Source of the DNA: Negaprion brevirostris
Taxonomy: Eukaryota
DNA: 64,000 nucleotides
Assembly: GCA_030324005.1 (NCBI GenBank)
Contig: JARDVH010000121.1
Location: forward strand, 47,359,189 to 47,423,188
Direction: 5' to 3'
The first letter of the stretch is position 1, and the number at the start of each line of letters is the position of its first letter. Made by a program: the position numbers and the translations under genes. This document shows, in pieces, positions 13,490-26,410 of the stretch. The notes under the pieces were generated by a model. That model did no database searches. It was not told the origin of the DNA and was given only the letters and a program-made list of their open reading frames with translations.

Positions 13490-14040
13490 TAGATATATTC
13501 TTCCTTGGGTACAAAGAATAAAACCATAGACAGTACTCTAGGTATGGTCTCACTAAAGTAGAATGACAGCAAGACTTCTTCATTCCTGTACTCCTACCCT
13601 CGCACGTAAAAGACCAACATACCATATGCCTTCCTAATTGCTTGCTGCACTTGTATGTTAACTTTTTATGCTTCTTGTACAAGGACACACAAATTCCTTA
13701 GAGAAGAAGAACACCAACTTTTAATAGTTTCTCACTTTTAATAAAGTTTTCCTATTCCTCCTACTAAAGTGAATAAATCCCCTCATTATTTTCCATCTGG
13801 CATCTTCTTATCAGTCAAAGAAGCCATCTATATTTCTTTGAAGACTTTTTGTATCCTCCTCACAGCTTACTTTCCCAATTAGCTTTGTACGGTCAGCAAA
13901 TTTAGATAAATTACACTTGGTCCCTTTATCTAGGGCATTAATATAGACTGTAAATAGTTTAAGTCTCAGCACTGATCCTTGCAACAGAATGTCATCCTGA
14001 AAGTGGCACATTTATTCCTTTTCTCTTGCTTACTATCCTC
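13490..14040 (-). mobile_element. CR1 LINE ORF2 fragment
   Basis: QGSVLRLKLFTVYINALD...SKFADRTKL and LVRPYLEYC in the ORF track. Confidence 0.85.
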
Positions 14041-15024
14041 TAATCCTATGTTTTATATCCATGNNNNNNNNNNATTTTCCCGTCCGGCTGCCGCGGGATT
14101 TATAGCGAGTTGGGACGGACCAAGAAAAGGTTCGTTAACTTCAAGCAGCAATTTCTGGCAATCCTGGCCATTACCTTGAATCCCATGCATCCTTGTTTTG
14201 TGTGACAACTCATTGTGTGTTATGGTAAGCCATATACATTAAGATCAGAAGGTGAAATAGAATAGTCCAATTTGTACTTATATCTCTTACTTGCTACTTT
14301 GTCCTGTTTGAAATTTGTGAGCTTTGAAGTTTAACAAAGACTTTTNNNNNNNNNNNNNNNNNNNNNNNNNNNNNNNNNNNNNNNNNNNNNNNNNNNNNNN
14401 NNNNNNNNNNNNNNNNNNNNNNNNNNNNNNNNNNNNNNNNNNNNNTTTTTCTCACTGATAACTCATTGGTAAATACTAAAGCAGAACATAATGAATTGTT
14501 AGATTTGGCAGTTTCAATTTTATGCAAATTAATGTGAACATTAATTTAAACATTTGAATAACAGTGACACTGTCAGCACTCTATTCCTATGAAGTAAATT
14601 GAACATCAGCTTTCTACACGTACGTTGTTAAATATGACAGTCTGATTTTCCCTGCAGCTTCATAAGCTGTGTTACGTTAATACCTCATTGATGGCCATGG
14701 CATTAAGACACTTGAAGGGCATAAAATTGCAGTACCTAACCACTAAATACATCAGAAGAAGGTTAAAGCTGGTGCATTCAGATGTATATGAATTTTAATG
14801 GCTTGTTAAGTCTTAACTACTGCCAAACAACATCTATGGTTCTGAATCTTTAATTTTACAACTTTGGAGTCTCATTCCTTCAGAATTTAATTATTGGAAT
14901 TTTTTTTACTGCTTTCTGTCCTTCATCTCTCTCACTTTTAATTCTATCCTTTTTGTTCTTTATTTTGCTTTATCAACATGGTTAAATAAATAATCTAAGT
15001 TATATTTCCTGATTTAGACTCCAC

Positions 15025-15745
15025 AGGCCGGATTTTGAGATTCCAAAAATGGCACAACAGGGCAGGCTGGCATAAAATGACAGTCATATAATGCAGGCAG
15101 AGGTCTCTCTTTCATTTCCCCCATGTTGCTGGTGTGGAGCAGGAAACCCTCCTGCTCATGTCAAAAGGCCCAAGGCTGGATCTTGCAGGACTTTCACTAG
15201 AGTGAACAGGCTTTGGTGGCCAATTGCAACCCTGCTGACTGAGAAGAGATGAGAATGGCCACATAGTTGGGACAGAAGATCAGAAACTTAGGTTAGAGAA
15301 TTTTTAAACCACGAATAATGACATTGGAGGCAAGTTAACATTCAGGGAGGTCAGTAACAAAGGGGATAGAGGAAGGGAGATGACTCCATAGAAGGGCCAA
15401 ATTTTAGAAAGGCATTGATTTTGATGGGTCCTTCTTCACAGCCTGGGAGACTCATGGCTGCATTTTAATTGTCAGCAACTGAGGCTCAGACTGGTTGTCT
15501 GCACTTGGAAGGAACCATTGGACCTACTGAAAATGTAGTGGCCAATGTGGGCCCACTCCGTGACTTCCAACCTTGATTCCTGCCTTGGATCTGCTGATTA
15601 AGATGATAGACCCACTGCTGCCTGCATAAAATGGGGCCTTCCGCTGGGAAAATAATATTTTCCAGCAGCCTAGAAACAGGGTTGGAATCATGACACAGAT
15701 CATTTCTACCTCCTGATTCTCACTTCCAATGGCAAAATCCAGCCC
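15025..15745. mobile_element. Non-autonomous DNA transposon (MITE-like) with short TIRs
   Basis: Ends aGGCCGGATTTTG and CAAAATCCAGCCc are imperfect inverted repeats around about 720 bp of non-coding, GC-richer sequence. Confidence 0.5.
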
Positions 15746-16311
15746 TGCATCTAATCAGTCTGATTAGCTGAAAAGATACTGCTTACACAGACTCCAGATA
15801 CCTTGTAGAGGTCACTAAACTGAAAATAATCTCGAAATACCATGGGTTACTGCTCGAAAGCCCACAAGTAGCATGTGCACAGCTATAAGTTTAATGAGTA
15901 ACTGGTGCTTTTCCTTTAATCATTGACAGTAAAATGGGAGCCTATATCTTGGAACTTCTTCCCCCTAACTTTATATTACAAGGCTCCACCTTATGTTCCT
16001 GTCTGATCTATAAAGTCAGCAAATTTTTATACCCTTATTCTACTACAACAATTTGTTGCTTAAAATTGTAGTTGCAGTCTGACAAATGTAACTTTAAGTG
16101 AGACAAGTGAATTAGATTTTCCCATTACAATCAATGAAAAAAACCATGGTTACATTCATTAGGACCTTCCTCATCAGAAAAAAAACACGAAAACATTAAA
16201 CCCTGTAAATTGAAATACTGTACATTCCTAAATTCTTACATTCATAAATGAAATATATCTTTTCATTTATTATATATTAAAGCAAAAAAAAAGCAATACA
16301 ACGTGGCTAAA

Positions 16312-16680
16312 TGTGAAGTAGTACACATAAGAGTGAAAAACAAAAGAACAGTATTATTTAAATGGTCATTGGATAACCCCCACGAGGTCCATGGGAAATA
16401 ATGGATTGGATTCCCCAAGGCACTCATTGAGTAAGAGTTCCCCTGGTAACAGGCAGTGGCCTGCCCAGCTGGAACTCATGACGTAAGCCTTTTATAAGAC
16501 AGGCCCAGGACTGGGCCTGCTGAACTGTAGTTCCAGGAAGGGAATAGTATGTATGCACCACAGTAGTGGTTTTATTAAGCATTCTGTAAATAAAATATGT
16601 TCCTTCCAGTCGGATTACCTGAATCATTATCTTGACGATGAGGAACAAGGGAAGTTATGGACAGCCTTGCCTTTGAAGGC
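16312..16680 (+). mobile_element. Probable 5' LTR plus PBS and leader of the Gypsy element that continues at 21058
   Basis: TG start, TATA-like tttataag, AATAAA at about 16589, then ttgacgatgagg (degenerate TGGCGACGAG PBS) and a 44-bp leader that recurs at about 21060-21103 just before gag. Confidence 0.6.
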
Positions 16681-16804
16681 CTTTGAAGCAGGAAAGTGGA
16701 GCTGATCCACTTCAGATCAGCCATGATCTTGTTGAATGGCGGGGCAGGCTCGAAGGGCCAGGTGGCCGACTCCTGCTCCTATTTCTTATGTTCTTATGAC
16801 GCTA

Positions 16805-18035
16805 GAACAAAAGAACAAAGAAAATTACACTACAGGAATAGGCTCTTCTGAACATGCTGCCCGACTGAACTAAAACCCTTTACCCTTCTGGGACCATACC
16901 CCTCTATTCCCTTCCTATTGATGTATTTGTCCCGACACCCTTTAAAACACAGTATTGCATCTGCTACCACTACCTCCCCCGACAACAAGTTCCAGGCACC
17001 CATCACCCTCTGTGTAAAAAAATAACTTGTCTCGTACATCTTCTTTAAATTTTGTCCCTCACAACTTAAACCTGTGCCCCCAGTAATTGACTGTTCCATC
17101 CTGGGAAAAAGCTTCTGACTGTCCACTCTGCTCATGCCCCTCATCATCTTGTAGATTCTATCTCGTCGCCCCTCAACCTCCGTCGTTCCAGTATATACAT
17201 GAAACAAACCAAGTTTCTCCAACCTCTCCTCATAGCAAATACCCTCCGTATCGTCAACATCCTTGTAAATCTTTTCTGTACCCTCGCCAAAGCCTCCACA
17301 CCCTTCTGGTAGTGTGGCAACCAGAATTGAACACTTTATTCCAAGTGCGGCCTAAGGTTCTATAAAGCTGCATCATGACCTGCCAATTTTTAAACTCAAT
17401 GCCCTGGCCGATGAAGATAAGCATGCTGTAAGCCTTCTTGACTACCCTCTCCAGCTGTGTTGCCACTTTGTGACCTGTGTACCTGTACACCCAGATCCTT
17501 CTGCCTATCAATACTCTGAAGGGTTTTGTCATTTACTGCATATTTCCTATCTGTATTAGACCTTCCAAAATGCATTACCTCTCATTTGTCCGGGTTAAAC
17601 TCCATCTGCCATCTCTCTGCCCAAGTATCCAACTGATCTATAAGCTGCTGTATCCTGACGTCTTCATCACTATCCGCAAATCCACCAACCTTTATGTCGT
17701 CCGCAAACTTACTAATCAATCCAGTTACATTTTCCTTCAAATCATTTATATATATTACAAACAACAAAGGTCCCAGCACTGATCCCTGAGGAACACCACT
17801 AATCACAGCCCTCCATTCAAAAATGCACCCTTCCATTGCTACCCGCTGGCTTTTATGACCAAGCCAGTTTTGTATCCACCTTGCCAGTTCACCTCTGATC
17901 CTGTGCACCTTCACCTTCTGCACCAGTCTGCCATGAGGGACCTTGTCAAAGGCCTTACTGAAGTCCATGTAGACAACATCAACTGCCCTACCCTCATCAA
18001 TCATCTTCCTCAAAAAACTTGATCAAGTTAGTGAG
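16805..18035 (-). mobile_element. CR1 LINE, 5'-truncated, RT through 3' tail
   Basis: ORF 17582-18013 VYMDFSKAFDKVPHGRL...GVPQGSVLGPLLFVIYINDL...KFADD; tail repeat agaacaa at 16805. Confidence 0.92.
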
Positions 18036-18289
18036 ACAATTTATAGTGAAATACAAATTATATTCTAGGAAGTCTTATGAAGGGAGTTAAAAAAGACTAG
18101 TAAGAGGAATTAATGGGAGGAATGAACCTGTTAATTCATGTAAAGCTAATTTAAGAAGTAATTTTGTAAATTGAATTATTATGGTGGGAATTATTCCTAA
18201 ATTATTGGAGGAATTAGTTACATCCTGGGGAATGATGTGGCCTGTGAAGGCAGCGATGTTTTGACATATAGGCGCTGAGCCTGCCCTGT

Positions 18290-18790
18290 CATTCATAACT
18301 ATCATTGGCTGGTCGTCCAACTCAATAGCCTAATTCTGCTTTCTCCCCATAACCTTTCATCCCATTCACCCCCAGTGCTATATCCAGCCGCCTCTTGAAT
18401 ACATTGATGTTTTGGCATCAACTACTTCCTGTGGTAATGAATTCCACAGGCTCACTACCCTTTAGGTGAAGAAATGTCTCCTCACTTCCATCCTAAATGG
18501 TCTACCCTAAATCTTCAGACTGTTTCCCCTGGTTCTGGTTTCCCCCACCATTGGGAATATCCTCCCTGAATCTATCTAGTTTTATTACAATTTTATAAAT
18601 CTCTATGAGGTCCCCCTTCATGTCTGAACTCCGGTGAAAACAACCCTAATCTTGTCAATTTCTCCTCACACATCCAGTCCCGTCAAGCCCAGACTCAGCC
18701 TGGTAAACCATTGTTGAACTCCCTCCAGAGCAAGGACATCCTTCCTCAGAAAAGGAGACCAAAACTGCACACAGTACTCAATAATAGTCT
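18290..18790 (-). mobile_element. CR1 LINE 3' fragment
   Basis: aggagaccaaaactgcacacagtactc (EYCVQFWSP on minus) and CR1 3' UTR features. Confidence 0.8.
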
Positions 18791-19282
18791 AATTCCTTTC
18801 CCAATGCTTCAACTGAACCAGAGCCTCGGGTAGAGCAATCCAGATCTTAACCATGTGCTGCGTGTAATAGTTTTTTTCCCTCCTATCTCTTTTGCTTCTT
18901 TTACCTTAAGCCTGTTCCCTTGCGCAATTTAGTCATGTTCCGGGCGTGGAGAATCCTTGTTTTGCTAGGAGATCCCATGCTGCTGCAGGATTTAAAGGGC
19001 TGCAGCTTTTTATAAGGGATGAGGGAATTTAACTCCGAGGTTAAGAGGGCTGTGAATCTATGGAACTCACTGCCCCAGAGTGCAGTGGGTGCAGAATCAA
19101 TCAACGGATTCAAGAACGTGATAGATAAATATTTGACCAAAAACGGGATAAAGGGCTCTGGGGAAAAGGCAGGGAAGTGGAGCTAGGACGAGATGCAAAT
19201 CAGCCATGATCGTATAGAATGGCAGAGTGGGCTAAAAGGGCTGAGTGGCCTCCTCTCACTCCCAATTCCTTTGTTAGAGATT

Positions 19283-19601
19283 ATAGAGTCCCTACAGTAC
19301 AGAAGGAGGACATTCAGCCCATCGAGTCTGCACCGACAACAATCCCAGCCATGACTTATTCCTGCAACCCCACATATTTACCCCTCTTATCCCTCTAACC
19401 TACGCATCCCTGAATACTAAGGGGCAATTTAACATAGCCAATCAACCTAGCCCGCACATCTTTGGAGAGTGGGAGGAAACCGGAACATCCGGAGGAAACC
19501 CACGCAGACACAGGGAGAACTTGCAAACTCCACACAGACAGTGACCCGAGCGGGGAATTGAACCCAGGAGCTGTGAGTCAGCAGTGCGCCACCATGCCAC
19601 C
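19283..19601 (-). mobile_element. HE1-type V-SINE
   Basis: V-domain ggaggaaaccggaacatccggaggaaacccacgcagacacagggagaacttgcaaactccacacag, with a tRNA-like head and CR1-derived tail. Confidence 0.85.
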
Positions 19602-19904
19602 TGTCCCTATACTAGGCTGGAGAAGCTGGGTTTGCTCTTTTTGGAGAAAAGGAGATGGACAGGAACTGCATTCATGAGGGTTAGAGCAGGGCAGGGTGTA
19701 GGCGACAGAGCCTTTGTCTAGTTTGCATTTGTGCGCTATAGTTCTTTCTCTCATTTCCCAAAGCTCCACCCATTATAACCGGAACCTTCTCTGGCCTGAT
19801 TTTCCTGATGCTCTTCTTTTATTGTAGTTTTTTTTTTCCATGTGACCCTCACTTGTTGGCTATTGATCCAGACACACCCTAATCACTCATTTTTCCCAAG
19901 GAGC

Positions 19905-20238
19905 TTTTCTTTCATTCATCATGGGTATCGCTGACTGGCCAGCATTTATTGCCCATCCCTAGTTGCCTTTGGAGGGCAGTTGAAAGTCAACCACATTGCT
20001 ATGTCTCTGGAGTCAATGTAGGCCAGACCAGGTAAGGGCGGCAGATTTCCTTCCCTGAAGGGAACCAGATGGGTTTTTCCAACAACCGACAATGATTTCA
20101 TGGTGATCAGTAGATTCTTAATTCCAGATATTTTTTATTGAATCCCACCATCTGCAGGATTTGAATTCGGGTCCTCAGTGCGTGAGCTGAGTTTCTGGAT
20201 TAATAGTTTAGTGTGAATACCACTGGGCCATCACCTCC
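19905..20238 (-). mobile_element. tRNA-derived SINE (family also at 37812-38070 and 45400-45728)
   Basis: On minus, head ggaggtgatggcccagtggtatt...ctattaatccagaaac...ccgaattcaaatcc; shared core ggcagatttccttccctgaagg. Confidence 0.75.
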
Positions 20239-21057
20239 TTCTACGCTCCTTTATCTGAAGGCAGCCGTGATCTCAGTTGCTTGGGGAGTGTGCTGGGCTG
20301 TAGAACTGCCCCCACGTCTCTCTCTGACATTCCCTGCAAACAGTTGGTGATTTGACCTAATATCTACAGATGTGGCCTGGTGTCAAATTATGTGCACTAA
20401 TGTGGAAAGCCCTGGGATGTCTGCGTTCCAGATAGTGGAGAGAGATCCACAGAATCCGTGTGGCTGCCTGACATTATGTGGAATTAGAGATTTAACTGTC
20501 CACTTAAAAAGTCCAAGCAGATTGCAAGTGTCTGGAACGAAGCCCTGGCTGAAATTCAGTATCTCGCCGCAAGCACATGCAGAGATTGGCTGATAACAAT
20601 AAGAATGGTCACTGAGGTCAACTTACTGACTGGCTGTGGCTTCACGAGATAAGGACTGACGTCAAGCTCCAGTCGCCAGCAGCCTTCGCATTAACCAGCG
20701 CCAACTGCCCTATCTCGGCAGTGAGATAGAGAACCGGAGCTACAAAACGCACCGCGGCAACTCCTTAGGCAGCACCTTCCAAACCCAACTCCCTCCACCC
20801 GCCACGCACAGTGACGGCCGTGTATACCATCTACAAGATGCACTGCAGCAACTCACCAAGGCTCCTTAGGCAGCACCTTCNNNNNNNNNNNNNNNNNNNN
20901 NNNNNNNNNNNNNNNNNNNNNNNNNNNNNNNNNNNNNNNNNNNNNNNNNNNNNNNNNNNNNNNNNNNNNNNNNNNNNNNNAAGGGCCAGGTGGCCGACTC
21001 CTGCTCCTATTTCTTGTGTTCTTATGACAGTGACAGGGAGATATTGAAAATGCTGCT

Positions 21058-24000
21058 GTGATGATGAAGAACAAGGAAAGTTATGGACAGCATTGCCTTT
21101 GAATGAACCCAGTAAGACAGTGACAGGGAGATATTGAAAATGCTGCTGTTTGGGAAACTGGAAGCTTACAATCCACATGTTTAAGATTGGTCCCCAGACG
21201 CCAAAAGGAAGAGTTATTTCTTCTGGGCAAACGAGGTAGACAGGGACAACTGACAAAAAGTAATCCTCTTGACCACTTGTGGGGCCCCAACTTGCAACAT
21301 TATAAAGAGTTTAACCTACCCAGCAGCCCCAGTTCAAAATCCTCCAATGAATTTGTAGAGATTGTATCGAACCACTACAACTCTGTCTTTGTTCCATTGC
21401 AATGCTATATGTATAACACAGCAAATAGACTCCCTGGGGAACTTGTCACTGAATTCTTGATAAAATTGCAGAAATTGGCAGAACACTGAGTATGGGTCAT
21501 CACTCCTGGAAATACTAAGGGATCATTTTGATGTGCAATTAATAATATTGTAACCCAAAGGAAGCTACAGACTGAATGAACTCTGGACCTCAAGAAAGCC
21601 ATAGAACTGGCCCTTTTCTGTGAAAACGTGGAAAAAGGGGCCCAGGAATTTCAGGGGTCCATTGACGGTACCAGCCCCAGCCTTGAACAACTTCATCACG
21701 CAGAACCTAGTATCCATTAGATAAGACTCATGTTTCCCATTTGGAGTCAAGAAAGGGCAATTGAAGATGGAGGTTGCGAGATTGCAGAATTAGATGGGAA
21801 GAGTGAGAATATCCATGCTGCAGGTAGCGATAGGGTCTGCCCCAGACAAGGCTATCCAAAACAGGCAAAACTGCCCAGGCCAAAGGGCAAAGCCACCTCA
21901 GGACAGGGCTTTGCAAATAATTCAACCTGAAAATGAGAAATTGATGCAGCTAAATTGCATTGCGCACCCAAAATGGCTCCAATTGAGATTAAACTTCAGG
22001 AAAATAGCTACCTCCAGACATGGAGGTAGACACAGGAGTCGCTGTACTATTATTGGCGAACGACTTGCTATAAGCTTGCAGGACACCAAGTCTAGATTGG
22101 CCACATACACTTACCTATTGTTGGGACCAGTGCAAACCCAATTATGTTTAGGCAACAGACAGTCTGAATCTCCCTAATAGTGGTGCAAGGACTAGGGCCC
22201 TGTCTTCTGGGAAGAGACTGGCTACAGAAAATCCACTTGGATTAGAAACATCTTTAAAATGGGCGCTGGCAATTTATAAAAAAATCACTGGAAAGTGCTA
22301 GGGTACTAGATCAGAAATTCAAAGATATATTATGAAGGTAGGCTAACCCCTACAATTCTGAATTTTGGCATTAGTATCAGATGTCAGTAGTGTCAGTAGT
22401 TTTGATGTTTCATTCAATGCATGATTGTACTGACACACTGGGAAGCTTTTATCAAAAAAAACTTCATTTAACAACATAGTTTAACTGCAATAACTGAATT
22501 AGCTTACCCTTTAACAACTGAACACTACTTAAACATGACAAGATACAAGTCTTAACTGCTAACCTATTGCTGAGTTCCACGTCAAGCAATATTCCTCTTA
22601 TAGACTTAAAGCCCTTCTTTAAAATTAGTTAGCAAAACATAGGCGTACTTGCTTGTCTTAGATTAACAGTTTTGGAGCTTTTGGAACAACTCTGGAGAGA
22701 GACAGCGAGATACCTGTTTACTTCAGGCAGCCCACCTGCAACTGCTTGTATTTTAAACTGAAACTGAAAACAGTATTTACTTCCTGCAAGCTTAGTTCCT
22801 CCCATAAAGCACATGGCTCTGTCCCATCAATCAACCTAATCAAAACTTTCCACTGAAACTCGCGAGGGAAACCCAAGTAAACACAAATACATTCGCTCTG
22901 TTTAAAACAAACACTCCAGGTGTAAAATGAATACTTGTGTTCCCAGCGAACAATTTAAAGGTTTTGCTTGACAACTCAGCACCCTGCAAAACAGATCTTA
23001 ATTCTAAACATACCCCGTTTGAGAAACATGATATAAATATACTTCTTAAAGGCACAGTATCATTACATAAGTACCCAAAGTGTTCTAAGAAAGCCTCAGG
23101 AAAATTAGAGACACTAAGCCCAAGATCTATGTGGACCCAGAGACCCGACCTCACTACTCCAAGGCATGACTGGTTCCCTATGCCCTACGTGCCAAATTTT
23201 AGAGGCCTTATTGAAACATCTAGAGGAACTTTGCATTATTCATTCCGTACAATTTTCTTAATTGGCTGTGCCAGTAGTCCCAGTTTTCAAATCTGACAAT
23301 TTGGTCCGTCTCTGTCAGAATTATAAATTGACGGTCAATACAGCCTCCCACTTATCTACACAGAGAAGACTTATATGTGAAACTGGCTTGGTGGGGCTCA
23401 TATAGTTTCCAAATTAGACATGAGCTATGCCTACCTCCTACTGGAGCTTGAGGCATCATCCAGGAAATATGCCCATCATAAATACTCGCAAAGGACTGTA
23501 TGAGTATACTCGCTTGCCCTTTGGGGTATCTTCAGCTTGCTCCATTTTTCAAAGGAAGATGCAGAACATCCTTCAAGAGGTGCCCAAAATGGCAGTCTAT
23601 CTGAATTACATCTTAATCTCAGAAGCTACTGCAAAAGAACATTTGGAGAGTTTAAAGGATACCTTTATGACTTTTTCCTGATGCTAACGCCTGACTAAAA
23701 AGGAAAAAATATGTTTACTGGATTAACAAGATAACATACCTTGGGTACAAAGTTGACAAGGATGGATAATAACCTGTTGAAAAGAAGGTTAAGGCCATAA
23801 AAGGGACTCTTGATGCCAAAGAACACAACGGAGTTGAAGTCTTTCCTAGGTCTCATAAATTACTATGGAAAATTCATTCCAAACTTGGCAACCCTGCTGG
23901 CCTCCCTCCATGTACTGTTAAAAAAAATCAGAAATGCCACAAGAGAAAACCTTTGCAAACATCAATCAACAATTGCTGTCAACAAATATCCAGCCCATTA

Positions 24001-24740
24001 TGATCCACTGAGATCATTCATTGTAACCTGCGATGCCTCTCCCTATGGGATAGGAGTGGCATTATGTAGTGTTGGAATGACGGGACAGAACATCCAATTG
24101 CATACGCATCACAAATCCTAGCGGATGCAGAGAGTAAGTATGCCCAGATCAAAAAAGAAAGTTTGGCCATGGTGCTTGTGGTGAAAAAGTTCCACCTGTA
24201 TATCTATGGTCAGCATTTCACCACAGTGACCAACCACAAACCTCTGCTGGGCCCCTCCAAGGAGGACAGGATAATCCCTCCCATCACATCAGCCAGATCC
24301 AATACTGGGCACTGCTATTAAGCGCCTATGAAAACACCCTAGAACATCATCCAGCGAGACATATAGCCAATGTGGATGCCTTGAGTCACCTGCTGCTACC
24401 CACCAGCCTACCTTCAACTCCAAAGGTGAATGAAATTGTCTTGACTCTGAACTTTATGGACACTTAGCCAGAATCCACCAAGCAAATCCAGGCCCTACTT
24501 TGGTGAAACTACGTCAGATTGTTCTAAGTGATGAACCAGAAGGGTTTGAAGGATTTGACACCTTATCTCCCTAAATATCAGGAGGTGAGTCTAGAAAATG
24601 GCAGCATCTTGTGAGGTGCCTGATGGTTGTCCTGTATCCATACCAGTGATGAATACTTCAAGAATTACAAAATAGCCATGCAGGAATTTCTCGCAAGGAG
24701 CTATGTTTGGTGGCTTGGCTTAATTAGTGATATCAAGTGA
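21058..24740 (+). mobile_element. Decayed Ty3/Gypsy internal region (gag, PR, RT, RH, start of IN)
   Basis: gag MLLFGKLEAY near 21140 and R.PGELVTEFLIKLQKLAEH; protease VDTG near 22026; RT GLYEYTRLPFGVSSA...YLNYILI; RNaseH CDASPYGIG. Many stops and frameshifts. Confidence 0.92.
22328..23067 (-). mobile_element. Probable solo LTR inserted into the Gypsy pol
   Basis: Non-coding block between the LLGRDWLQKIHLD segment (about 22205-22245) and resumption of pol at KYPK (about 23069); ends in ...cattaca. Confidence 0.5.
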
Positions 24741-26085
24741 GAAAGTCAGGCAGGGAAGCAGGTAGTAGGGGAATGTCAGCGAGAGAGAATGTCTCACGCA
24801 CGCTCCGTTGGTCCCAGAGCAAAGTGATACTAAAGCAGAAGTTCCAACACTAAGTGCATATGCTGGCCCTAATATAGTCAATGCTAAAGCAAAAATAATG
24901 CAACTCAAAACAAGGACTTCTTGTCTTGAAAAGTGTCTTGATATTCTCTGAGTTCTCTTTCTGCTGTTTTAGAAAGAACATTTATCCGAGTTTTTTTTGT
25001 TTAAAAATTTACCTTTATCTCCATGAAAATAACAGAAGGAGCAATTGTATTATGTTGCTAAGGTCTTAAGAGTTCACTAACCAGTGGTAAAAGATTGGCT
25101 GAAAACTGCCAAATTGGTCATCGGAATAAACATTATTGCAGAATTATTTAATATCTTGCAAATACTGATTAGGTGACTTCAAGGGATAGCATTGCGATGG
25201 GGGCAGTACTTTACAACATTTAAAAATACTTTTAAAGTAGAAATTTATGAAAATAATCACAAAATAATTGTAAACATTTCTATGAACAGTTGAAATATAT
25301 TGCTTTAAAAATCAATTCATTAATTACAATTTTTTAACACCAGAGGGCAAGCTTGGCTCAAACAACTACCTGATCATAAATAACTCATCTCAAACTGAAC
25401 TGTGAAAAGGCAAAAATGTCATTCAGCTGCAATATTAATTGTATGGAATAAATCTACAGATGTATTTAATTTTTACTATTTCCTGCCTCTTCAATGTCAC
25501 AATTTATTTTCTCCTGGCTCATCTATATCTTCCTTTACCTTAGCAACCTATTCCCAGACCTTAGAGGATAGTACTTTTATTGTTAGTTAGAGAGCACAGA
25601 GGAAACAACTGAGCCGAAACAGGCATGCTTTATCACTTTATGACAATATTGGTGCANNNNNNNNNNTAATGTAAATAGGCTTTCCAGTTTTGTTGTATGT
25701 TCTTAATACAACTGTCAATTCACCAGGTGCATAGTAATTGTATGCTTTTTTATGCTTTAAAAAAAAATCATTAGAGCAATCAACATCAAGCTAAATCAGT
25801 AAAGGTACACTTATTAAGTATGTTATTTACTCAGCAAAGCAAACTGAGCTACTTGGGCATAAGCTTCCTTACAAATTTATTCAGACACAAGTTAGGTTTT
25901 AATTAGCCTGATGATACTATAGAGAATTCCTAGTAAGGATATTTCATATTTATCTTGTAATTTGTGTTTTATTGGTGCTAAAATAAGCAAGTGTAAAATG
26001 TTTCATTAAGTCGAAGTTTTATCAACTAAACAAGGAAAATCGTAAATATATATTATGAAATGTCATCATTATTTGTCAGACTTAC

Positions 26086-26195
26086 CAGTTCTTGATGTGC
26101 ACTCATAAACTGGAGTTTCATCTGCTTCAGATATGTGGCAGTAATGGGCATATTATAATCTATCATGCCAGCCAATGAGGAAGGTCTTTCGTTTT
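26086..26195 (-). CDS. NOL4L: NOL4/NOL4L-family internal coding exon (probably exon 4), 110 bp, phase 1/0; absent from the ORF track
   Basis: Minus strand reads ttttacAG|AA AAC GAA...GAA CTG|GTaagt. With the G carried from the previous exon it encodes ENERPSSLAGMIDYNMPITATYLKQMKLQFMSAHQEL, with the family motif IDYNMP.T..Y.K.MKL. It follows a 103-bp intron (26196-26298). Confidence 0.9.
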
Positions 26196-26298
26196 CTGTA
26201 AAATAAACTATATTATGATTTATTGTTTCCATGCATCAGGAATGAAACTAATTGTTCCTGCAGAAATATACCAGGTTCAATAAATTTTCAGCATTTAC

Positions 26299-26410
26299 CT
26301 TTTGAGTCCACACCATTCGGGTTTATGTGCATTCGCTTTTGACATTCGGTGCAGCTCATTAGAAACCTTGTCACTGCTTCTCTTGGGAGAAATGCATATG
26401 TCTCAGCAAT
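26299..26410 (-). CDS. NOL4L: NOL4/NOL4L-family internal coding exon (probably exon 3), 112 bp, phase 0/1
   Basis: Minus strand reads aaccAG|ATT GCT GAG...AAA G|GTaaat. It encodes IAETYAFLPREAVTRFLMSCTECQKRMHINPNGVDSK, in frame with the upstream exon. IAETY and CTEC match NOL4L as recalled (NOL4 has ISESY and CSEC). Confidence 0.92.

Noticed and set aside
17582-18013. 143-aa reverse transcriptase ORF as a possible functional or retron-like RT
   Set aside because: It is a 5'-truncated CR1 fragment whose neighbouring segments are frameshifted; ordinary LINE debris.
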